Assembly: GCA_038231175.1 (NCBI GenBank)
Contig: JBBRLU010000001.1
Span: 1-49,970, forward strand
Length of the DNA stretch: 49,970 nucleotides
Source: Candidatus Saccharimonadales bacterium
Lineage (GTDB): Bacteria; Patescibacteriota; Saccharimonadia; Saccharimonadales; UBA4665
Direction: 5' to 3'
A program made the position numbers and the translations under genes. Below are positions 1-9,000 of this stretch, piece after piece. Under the pieces are notes generated by a model. It made no database searches, was not told where the DNA came from, and saw only the letters and a program-made list of their open reading frames with translations. Position 1 is the first letter of the stretch; every line of letters starts with the position of its first letter.

Positions 1-1
1 A

Positions 2-3000
2 AGCCTCAGCCAGACGCTGCCTGTGGCCGTTCAGGGCAACATCACCAAGACCGGCGCCCTGACCGCTGGCTCGATTGCTGCCGGCTTTGGCACGATTAGC
101 ACCGCCAGCAACATTACCACCCGTACCGCTATCCAGGGTGGCACAGTTACCGCTACCGGTGCCCTCAGTGGTAACAGCCTCAGTATCAATGCTGGTGCCT
201 TCGCCGTCAGCAGCACCGGCGCGATAACGGCTGCTACCGGCATCACCACCACCGGCAACGTCAGCCAGACCGGCACCGGTACATTCAGCACCGGCACTGG
301 CGCTGTCAGCTTAAATGGTGCTGCTACTGCCAGCAGCACCTTAGCGGTGCAGGGCGCTGGTGGCCTGACCTTGGGCGTCGCTAGCACCACCAGTGGCCTG
401 CTCAACTTTGCCAGCAGCACCAGTGCCAACATCGCTAGCTTGCAAGCTGCTGCCCCGACCGGTACCGGTACCGGCACCTACACCTTGCCAGCCCTTGTCG
501 GCGGTACCAGCGACTTCATCTGTGTCAAGAACATCAATAACTGTAACGGCGTCAGCGCCACCGGCGGCAGCGCCAACTACGTCGCCCGCTTTACCGGCAC
601 CAGCACCCTCGGTATCGGTACGCTCTACGACAACGGTAGCTTTGTCGGCGTCAATACCCAGACCAACAGCGGCACGCTTAGTATTCAGAGCAGCGGCGCT
701 GCTGCCAGCGCCATCTTTGCTCAAGGCGCTGCCAGCGCTACCACCCCAGTGGCCGTCATTAAGGGTGGCGCTACTCCGGGCATCGGTGGCGACTTACTAC
801 AGCTGCAAAGCTCAGCCGCTGTCGTCGCTAAGGTTGATGCCAGTGGTAACGTCCTCGGTACCAGCTTCGACACCGTCAGTGCCGGCGCCCTTAACATCGG
901 AACTACCAATGCTACCAGCATCGGCCTTAAGCAGAACACCAGCGTTACCGGCAGCTTGAGTGTCAGCAACGGCCTCAGCGTCAGCGCTGGCGCCAGCAGC
1001 TTTGCCGGCAACGTCAGCATCACCGGTGCCAACACCCTGTCCGTCGGCACCGGCGCCACCAGCCTCGGCGGCACGCTAGCTGTCACCGGTAGCAGCACCT
1101 TTACCGGTTTGGCCACCTTCAACGGCGGCGTCACCGTCGCTAATAACAGTAACTTCAGCCAGACCGGCAGCGGCAGCTTTAGCACCGGCACCGGCGCCAT
1201 CAGCCTTAACGGCGCCACCACTATCGGCAGTAGCTTGAACGTCAGCGGCGGTAGCGTTACCGTCGGCTCAGCCGGTCAGTTCACCATCGGTACCACTGGC
1301 AACGTCGCTACCAGCGGCTCCGTCCTCGGTGCCAGCTTCGATGTCAACGCCGCTGGTGCCCTCAACATCGGCACCACTAATGCCACCGTCATCAACCTTA
1401 ACAAGAACACCAGTATCACCGGCACGCTGACCCTGTCGACGCTGGGCGCTGCCGGTGCCACCCAGGTCTGTTACAACGCCAGTAACCAGATTGCCACCTG
1501 TTCCAGCACCTACGAAGCTACCACCGGCACCGACTTTATCCGCAACCAGACGGCGCAGCAGACTACCGCTAACTTCAACATCCAGGCCCGCGCTACCAGT
1601 GTGGCGGCCGTCATCCAGGGTGCCACCGGCCAGGATATTACCGATTTCGTCAGCGCTGGCGGCGCCACTGTCGCCAAGATCGACGCCAGCGGTAACCTGA
1701 CCGCCGTCCAGGGAACCTTCAGCGGTGCCGTCAACGCCAACGGTGGTGTCTTCCTCGGTGCCAACCAGAACCTGTCACTGGCTACCGGTACTGGCACCAT
1801 CACCCAAGGCTACAGCAACACCACCGGCTCGGCCGACAGCCGGACCATCGTCAACACCGCCACCAGCGGTGCCAGCACGGTCAACGGCATCGCGCTCAAC
1901 TTGAGCGGCTCGGCCAACGGCGTCGGCTCTAACACTACCACCGGTATCAACCTTGGCAACGTCGCCGCCGCTACCGGCAACGCCTTCTACGCCTTCAAGG
2001 TCGGTACCGGCTACGCCGATATCCTGAACTACAACGGCACCAGCGTCATTAACGGTTCTGGCCAGATTAACTTAGCCCAAGCTTTCGGTACGCTCGGCGT
2101 CAGCAACGGCGGTACCGGTACCACCAGCCTGACCAGCAACGGCATCCTCTTCGGCAATGGTACCGGCGCTATCCAAGCTACTTCATCACTCGCCGGCGCC
2201 GTCCTGGTAACCGATGCTACCACCAGCTTGCCATCGCTCAGCCAGACCCTACCGGTAGCCGTCCAGGGCAACATTACTAAGACCGGTGCCTTGACCGCCG
2301 GCTCGATTACCAGCTTCGGCACCATCAGCACCGCCAACACCATCGCCACCAGCAGCACCTTAAGTGGTGGTGTCGTCAACGCCACTACCGGCTTTACCAT
2401 CGCTGGCGCGGCTGCCAGCGGCCAATTCCTACGTGGTAACGGCACTAACTTTGTCTCGAGCACGATTGCCGGTACCGACATCGCGGGCACGCTCTTCACA
2501 CTGGCCGGCTCGGCCGGTACGGCCCAGAACGTCAGCGGTGGCAGCACCGTCTCGGTCCTGAAGGGTGCCAGCAACAACCTGACGACCACCGCTAGCGCCA
2601 CCAACACGCTGACCGTCGACATCATCAGCAACCCAAGCTTCAGCGGCGCCGTTACCAGCACCGCCAGCACCACCGGCTTGGTCGCTTCCGGCGCGCCGGT
2701 GGCCGGCAGCGGTATCACTTCGCTGTTACAACTTGGCGGTGCCATTGCCGCCGGTAACGTCAGCACCAACGGCGGTACCTACTTCGGTATCAACCAGCCG
2801 GCTACCGGCGCTGGCTCGGCTGCCGACTTCATCAACTTCCAGAACAACGGCATCGTCAAGCTACAAGTTACTAGCGCTGGCTTACTGAACGCCGCCGGTG
2901 GCTTTGCGGTTGGTGCTAACACGGGCAACTCACTTACCTGTGCTGCTGGCTTTGGTGTCACCGGTAGTACCTTTAACGGCGGTATTCTGACCGCTGGCAG

Positions 3001-5923
3001 CTGTAACCAAACCGTTGCTACCTTACAGTCGGCTTACACTGCTTCTGGTGCGACTAATCCTCAGATTCTACTCAGCTCAGCTAACGGCGGTATCAAGATC
3101 CAGGACGGTACGACCCCAGTTACTGGTAACTTAATCCAGATTTCTAACAATGGTGGAACTACCAATTACTTCGGCGTCAGCAGCAGCGCCGTCAGCATCA
3201 CTGACGCCTTGAACGTAACTGGCGGCTACACCCAGAGCGGTACGGCCAGCAATACCTTCCTCGGTGCCACCACCTTTAGCGCCGCCGGTACCGGCGCCAG
3301 CGTTACGAACGGCTTTGCCGTTGGTACCACCAACCAATTCACCGTTAACGGCGCTGGTAACGTCGCTACCAGCGGCACCGTTGCCCAGAACTACAGCACC
3401 GCTAACGCCGGTGCTACCAACGTCCACAGCGTTAATGCTACTACTACTAACGCTACGGCTACGGCCGCTACCATCAACGGCAACAGCATCAGCCTTGTCG
3501 GCACCACCAACAGCCTCAGCACCAACATCCTCAACGCCGTCAACCTGACCAACGTTGCGCCGCTGACGGGCAACCAATTCAACGGTATCGTCATCGGTTC
3601 CGGTTATGATAACCCGATAACTATTGCCGGCAACTCGATCTTTACACCTGCTGGGATTATCCAGAACGGTGCCTTTAGTACCGGCACCACTTACAGCAAC
3701 ATCACCAAGATCGGCACCGTTACGGCCGGTGTTTGGAACGCTACCACAATCGCTCCAGCCTATGGCGGCACCGGCTCAACAGCTATCCCAACTAACGGCC
3801 AGCTCTTGATCGGTAACGGCGCAACTTACACTGCCGCCAGTTTAACGACTGGTGCGACCAGTGGCTTGACCCAGACTGCTGGCGCCGGTTCACTCGGCCT
3901 AGCCGTGAACTACGGTTCAGCCGCCAGTACTGCGGTCCAAGGTAACACTACCTTCACCTGTACTGGTGGCACCGGTAACTTAACCGGAGGCGCCAACGTC
4001 ATTACGCTTGGTACCGGTGGTACTTGTGGCACCATCAACACCGTGACGAACCCATCGTTCAACAGCGTTACCATTGCCAACACCACCAACACCAACACCG
4101 CCCTCGCTATCCAAAACGCTGCCGGCAATGCCTCACTCGCCTACGACACCGTCAGTGGCACGCTTAAGATCTACGACGTCAGCGTTACACCTCCAGTTAA
4201 CTACGCAGCAGTCAACTACACCGGTAACACTGCCACCTTTGCCGCTTCGGCCGGTATTACCCAGGTTGGCACCGGCACCGGTACGAATACGCTTAACCTG
4301 GTATCCGGTAGCGGTGGTATCAACGCCAGCGGCAACACCACTATCCAAGGTACTAGCACCTTCAACGTCCTTGGTGGTCTGACTACACTCAGCGCCGGCT
4401 TAACCGCGAGCGGTGCGGCCGTCAACCTCAACGCCTCATCCAACTTTGTAACTAACATTAACACCGGTACTTCAACTAGCAGTGTTGCTATCGGTAACTC
4501 GCTGAGTACTGGTACGACAATTCAAGGTAAATCCACGATTGCTGCCATTAATATCAACGGCTTTACAGTGCTTTCAAATACTGCTAACGCGACTACCTTC
4601 CAGGTCCAAAACGCCGCTGGGGCCACTATGTTGACTGTTGATACCACAAACACCGCCGATGGCTTTAACCTCGCTACCGAAGGCGGCGCTGAAAACGCCG
4701 GTACCTTCGCTACTAAGTTCACGGCCTTCGGTGCTGGACCAGTTATTAGCCGTGACATCACAGCTGGCGAAGTCCCAAGTGGTGGTGCGAGCGCTAAGGT
4801 TGCTACCACCGCCGCTGCTAACACCGGATTGCAGTACAATATTGGCGCCGCCCTAGCCGCCAGTACCACTTACAACGTTAGCTTTACCGTCAAGTCGAGT
4901 GTTGCCATGACGACCCAGCTCAAGCTAGACTACTACCGCCAAACCGGTTCGCTCGACGCCAGCTGTGTCAACGCCTTTACCGCCTTTACGGTGTCCACCA
5001 CTAGCTTTAGTAAAGTAAGCTGTTCGTTCACCACCAGTGCCACAGCCGGCGCAGCCACAGCCTTCCTAGCCATCTACCAGTCAGACGCCACGGCCCGCAA
5101 TATCTTCATCGATAACATCGCCATTGTTGCTCAGAACAACTCCAGCGCTGTTCAGACAACTGGTCAGCTGCGCGTCGGTGGTGCTACCGGCCAAGGCTTA
5201 ACGTTGTTCACTGTCGACAGCTTTGCTACAGCGCCGATTGCCAAGGGCACCAACACAATTAACAGCGCACTACTTGGCTCAATGTATTACGACACCACCA
5301 TCGGCAAGCTCCAGTGTTACGAAGCCAGCGGTTGGGGTGCCTGTGGTAGCTCGCCAAACGTGAGTGTTAACTTGATCCCTGAATACGTCGGCGCCGTCTT
5401 GCACGGTACCGGTATTGGCACCTTAACGTCTGACCTGTGTTCCAATCAGTTGGCCCTTAACACCGGTCTCTGTGCAGCCAGCGCCGACGACTACAATTAC
5501 TACCAGTGGACGTCACCGCAAGCTACTGGCCAGACCTACAGCATCTACGTCCGCTACCAACTACCAGCTACCTTCAAGAACTTCTCCGACGACAACACCG
5601 TCAAGCTGACGGCTCGTACTTCTAGCACTGCCACTGGTGGCGCCGCACCGCTCGCCAACGGCGTCCAATACACCATGTACTACACCAACAGCTCTACCGG
5701 CACCACCACCACTTGTGGTTCGACCACCACCGTTACTACCTCCGCCAACGCCTGGCAGACGGTATCACTCGGCGGCGCCGGCGAAACTAACTGTACGGCC
5801 GCCAGTGGTCTAACCGGTGGTCTTGGTCCTAACTCGATCGTGACCTACAAGATTGATGTCACCGCCAGCAGCACCTCAACGGCCTACGTCAGTAACCTGA
5901 GCTTCCTAACGATTGGCCAATAG
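2..5923 (+). CDS. Giant Gly/Thr/Ala/Ser-rich repeat surface fibre/adhesin-like protein, 5'-truncated by the window edge (more than 1973 codons visible)
   Basis: The frame is open from nt 2 (SLSQTLPVAVQGNITK...), and the same peptide recurs internally at nt ~2226-2350, so the GTG at 23 is not the true start. Degenerate beta-helix-like repeats (FSTGTGA[IV]SLNGA, ALNIGTTNAT, DASGN) and GGTG motifs are present. A jelly-roll/CBM-like segment lies at about nt 4660-5135 (ends FIDNIAIV). The C-terminal region carries paired cysteines. Stop codon TAG at 5921-5923. Confidence 0.85.
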   Translation, partial: SLSQTLPVAVQGNITKTGALTAGSIAAGFGTISTASNITTRTAIQGGTVTATGALSGNSLSINAGAFAVSSTGAITAATGITTTGNVSQTGTGTFSTGTGAVSLNGAATASSTLAVQGAGGLTLGVASTTSGLLNFASSTSANIASLQAAAPTGTGTGTYTLPALVGGTSDFICVKNINNCNGVSATGGSANYVARFTGTSTLGIGTLYDNGSFVGVNTQTNSGTLSIQSSGAAASAIFAQGAASATTPVAVIKGGATPGIGGDLLQLQSSAAVVAKVDASGNVLGTSFDTVSAGALNIGTTNATSIGLKQNTSVTGSLSVSNGLSVSAGASSFAGNVSITGANTLSVGTGATSLGGTLAVTGSSTFTGLATFNGGVTVANNSNFSQTGSGSFSTGTGAISLNGATTIGSSLNVSGGSVTVGSAGQFTIGTTGNVATSGSVLGASFDVNAAGALNIGTTNATVINLNKNTSITGTLTLSTLGAAGATQVCYNASNQIATCSSTYEATTGTDFIRNQTAQQTTANFNIQARATSVAAVIQGATGQDITDFVSAGGATVAKIDASGNLTAVQGTFSGAVNANGGVFLGANQNLSLATGTGTITQGYSNTTGSADSRTIVNTATSGASTVNGIALNLSGSANGVGSNTTTGINLGNVAAATGNAFYAFKVGTGYADILNYNGTSVINGSGQINLAQAFGTLGVSNGGTGTTSLTSNGILFGNGTGAIQATSSLAGAVLVTDATTSLPSLSQTLPVAVQGNITKTGALTAGSITSFGTISTANTIATSSTLSGGVVNATTGFTIAGAAASGQFLRGNGTNFVSSTIAGTDIAGTLFTLAGSAGTAQNVSGGSTVSVLKGASNNLTTTASATNTLTVDIISNPSFSGAVTSTASTTGLVASGAPVAGSGITSLLQLGGAIAAGNVSTNGGTYFGINQPATGAGSAADFINFQNNGIVKLQVTSAGLLNAAGGFAVGANTGNSLTCAAGFGVTGSTFNGGILTAGSCNQTVATLQSAYTASGATNPQILLSSANGGIKIQDGTTPVTGNLIQISNNGGTTNYFGVSSSAVSITDALNVTGGYTQSGTASNTFLGATTFSAAGTGASVTNGFAVGTTNQFTVNGAGNVATSGTVAQNYSTANAGATNVHSVNATTTNATATAATINGNSISLVGTTNSLSTNILNAVNLTNVAPLTGNQFNGIVIGSGYDNPITIAGNSIFTPAGIIQNGAFSTGTTYSNITKIGTVTAGVWNATTIAPAYGGTGSTAIPTNGQLLIGNGATYTAASLTTGATSGLTQTAGAGSLGLAVNYGSAASTAVQGNTTFTCTGGTGNLTGGANVITLGTGGTCGTINTVTNPSFNSVTIANTTNTNTALAIQNAAGNASLAYDTVSGTLKIYDVSVTPPVNYAAVNYTGNTATFAASAGITQVGTGTGTNTLNLVSGSGGINASGNTTIQGTSTFNVLGGLTTLSAGLTASGAAVNLNASSNFVTNINTGTSTSSVAIGNSLSTGTTIQGKSTIAAININGFTVLSNTANATTFQVQNAAGATMLTVDTTNTADGFNLATEGGAENAGTFATKFTAFGAGPVISRDITAGEVPSGGASAKVATTAAANTGLQYNIGAALAASTTYNVSFTVKSSVAMTTQLKLDYYRQTGSLDASCVNAFTAFTVSTTSFSKVSCSFTTSATAGAATAFLAIYQSDATARNIFIDNIAIVAQNNSSAVQTTGQLRVGGATGQGLTLFTVDSFATAPIAKGTNTINSALLGSMYYDTTIGKLQCYEASGWGACGSSPNVSVNLIPEYVGAVLHGTGIGTLTSDLCSNQLALNTGLCAASADDYNYYQWTSPQATGQTYSIYVRYQLPATFKNFSDDNTVKLTARTSSTATGGAAPLANGVQYTMYYTNSSTGTTTTCGSTTTVTTSANAWQTVSLGGAGETNCTAASGLTGGLGPNSIVTYKIDVTASSTSTAYVSNLSFLTIGQ

Positions 5924-5969
5924 GTTGACGCCCGGGCGGGGCAGGGACTAGCTCACCGGATGCCGCTTA

Positions 5970-5978
5970 TGGTACAAT
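5970..5978 (+). promoter_or_regulatory. Candidate extended -10 promoter (TGGTACAAT) for the Kelch-repeat gene
   Basis: TGGTACAAT matches TGnTAnAAT in the 100-nt gap between the fibre gene and the ATG at 6024. There is no good -35. AGGAG lies further downstream. Confidence 0.3.
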
Positions 5979-6023
5979 TGCGGTACACGGAGACACCAAC
6001 ACTAGGAGCAAAAAACAGAAAAA

Positions 6024-9000
6024 ATGGACTACCCAACAAGGCCTCGCCTAGCCGACGCGCCACCGGCAGCGTTAGCGCCGGCTGTGGTCCAAGCGGCCTC
6101 TGTTACGGCACCTAAAACAATATCCCTTCAGATTAGATTACCGCGGTCATGGGCTCGACCGCTGCGCTGGCTCCACCAGAATGCCCAGGCCCACCGCTAC
6201 GTAGTCCGCTTTGGGGTGGCTGTGGTCATCAGTACGATTTTAGTTGGTGAGGTCATCCCGCTCATCCAACCGCGCCTAGCTGCCAAGGCCTATGCCTACG
6301 AAGACGCCGCTTCGCTGTTACCAGATAAAAATGGAGCCATGGGCGGGTTACTACGGCTTGATGATAAAACCCAAGAATTCACTTTTAATGCTGGCTATGA
6401 TCCATTTGCCGCCAACCCCGGTGGGCTGAGTAACACTGGTGGCGCCCTAATAAGTGCGACGGCCCACGTCGATGGCAGCAAAGGCGTCCAAGTAACCGAC
6501 CCAACCAATAAGGTCGACTTTACCATCAAGCCAAAATTTGACCTGCTGCCTGGCCACAAAGATGGCAACCGCCTGATCTACCCATTAGCCGATCGCAGCG
6601 GCTGGCTAGTCTACACCATGCAGGCCCGCGGTGTTAAAGAAGACGTTATTCTAAACCGCAGTAATGGCGATTCGGCCAAGTATGCCTACAACTTGGTCCT
6701 GGGTGATGCCTTTGCCGCCCGACTCCTCCCCAGCGGTGACATCGGCATCTACGGCTCGAGCCTGCCAATAAACGGCCAAGTCAGTACTAGCAATGATAAA
6801 GATGCCCAGCTGTTAATTAAAGTCCGCAAACAAGCGGTAAAAAATAATTTGTTATACACTCTGCCAGCGCCATACGTAAAGGGTATCCATAATAAGGAAG
6901 CTAGCGTCAAAACTAATTACAGCTTGAAGGGCAGCGTGCTGAGCGTTAACGTGTCGGGGCTCAAGCACGCCAGCTACCCACTCACCATCGACCCGAGTGT
7001 TTACGTTAAGAGCGCCCAAAAACTTATGCGTGGTAACAACGAAACCAACGTCGACTTTGACGTCACCAACAACCAGATTTTGAAAGGTTCGGTAACGGGT
7101 GCCCGTATTCCTGATTGGTCGGTCGGTCCAAACAGCCTACCGGGTAAAGTCTGGAACGCCGGTGTGGTCGTGGCCGGCGGCTTTATTTACGTCATTGGTG
7201 GTAACAGTGGCAGCGCCGATTTGTCGACCGTTTACTGGGCTCAGCTCGATACTGTTCTAGCTAGTACCAACGCTAATTATCAAGATATCGGTACCTGGCA
7301 AACCAACGCCGGTTATAATTTACCTAACGCCCGAGTAGGGATAGGAGCTATCGCCTATAACGGTTACTTGTTTGCGATTGGTGGGCAGGGCGCCAGTTGT
7401 AGCTCGGGTGCCACCGCTGGCAGCACCACGGTCTGTAACACCGTTTATACCAGCAAGCTAGGCGCCAATGGCGAGCCTAATACCTGGGTGCAGCGTGGTA
7501 ACCTGTCGACCGAACGTCGCTATGCCGGTGTCGCTGCCTTTGAGAACCGGATGTACTTATATGGAGGCCAAAGCGGTGCCAGTGGCTATACTGGTAGCGT
7601 CGCCACATCCGAATACGCCGAAATAAACCCCGATGGCTCTCTGGGTACCTGGACCACAACTGGCGCCGGCAGCCAGCTATCGACCGCTCGCTACGGCCTG
7701 AGCGCCATGGCCTACAATGGCTATGTCTATACGCTCGGTGGGCGTACAGCCGGCGGCGCCGTCAATACCGTCGAATACGCCAAAATTACCTCGACCGGGC
7801 TCAACACCTGGCAAGCCACCAACGGCTTCACGACCGGTCGGCTGAGCCTTGGTGGCGCAATCGCTACGGCCCTCAATGGTTATATGTACGTTTCCGGTGG
7901 CTGTACGACCACAGATGCCAATGGTAACTGTACCGCCAATGCCACCGACCTTCAGGTGGCCAGTATAAACTCCGATGGCACATTATCGACCTGGACCACG
8001 CAGCAGCAAGTCAACAACGTTACGCCGACTAGTATTAGCCGGACATCGTACGGTGGCGGACTGGTTGCTTGGCGGGGCACCATTTATTCAGTGGGCGGTT
8101 GCAGCGCCGCTATGGTTACCAATAATTGCCCGGCTGCCTCGACTCTAACCACCAACGTCTGGGGGGTTGTAACTGATGACGGCTTTGTTGGGCCATCACA
8201 GTCAGGCACTGGTGTGGCGACGCCGTTGCCAGCAGCCGCTGGAGGCTTGGCTGTTGGGGTGGTTATCAATAACGGTTACATCTACTCGGTAGGTGGATGT
8301 ACCATTACATCGGGAGCGTGCACCTCCACCGCCGGTACGATTTACTATATGCCGATAGCTAGCAACGGCTCCATAGGTACTACCTGGGCAGTAACTACGA
8401 AAGGAATAGGCCAGGCTGCTGGTGCTGCCGTAGGGCTAGCAGCTATCGGCATTGCGGTATTTAATAATACAATGTTTGTTACCGGTGGTGAGACCAGTGG
8501 TGGTGGTGCCTCAGCCAACACTTATTCAGCACCGATTAATCCCTCAGGTGATATCACTACCAACTGGGCAACTGCTACCGGTACCAGCAGCGCGCTAGCC
8601 GCTGCAGTACTCAGTCCTTTTATGTTTGCCCGCACTAATTTAACGACACCTAGCCAAGGTTATCTATATACCGTGGGCGGTTGTACCGGCACTACGTCGT
8701 CGATTGGCTGCACTGGTTATGTGGCAACGGTGCGACGCTGTAATATCACAGCCACCGGTGTAACAGCCGCCAGCTGCGCCAATCAAACGATAATCCTACC
8801 CAATACCGGTATCGGCATCTTTGGTGGTGCTGTGTACGGTAACTTCATCTATGTGGCTGGTGGCGCCAATGGCGCCGGTGCTGCCCAAACGAATACCGTT
8901 TATTACGCAAAATTCGATGCCAGCGGCAACTTGGTTAACCCGACAGATGGCACCGCCGCCAGCGGCTTTAAATTAGCTACCGGCACCTTAACGGAAATCC

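Noticed and set aside
31-4869. Many 60-250-aa ORFs antisense to or out of frame with the giant fibre gene (e.g. 31-477 -, 393-959 +, 2029-2769 -, 3131-3577 -).
   Set aside because: They translate to Pro/Ala/Val/Leu low-complexity strings, as expected from the alternative frames of GGC/ACC/GCC-rich repeat DNA. They lack start contexts and lie entirely inside a frame with strong repeat and protein-level conservation.
4660-5923. Possibility that the fibre C-terminal head is a diversity-generating retroelement target.
   Set aside because: There is no reverse transcriptase gene in the window, and I could find no template-repeat-like near-duplicate of the head-coding DNA. This cannot be excluded without the rest of the genome.
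5931-5940. GCCCGGGC palindrome after the fibre gene as a terminator.
   Set aside because: An 8-bp palindrome leaves no loop and has no T-tract, so it is not a convincing intrinsic terminator.
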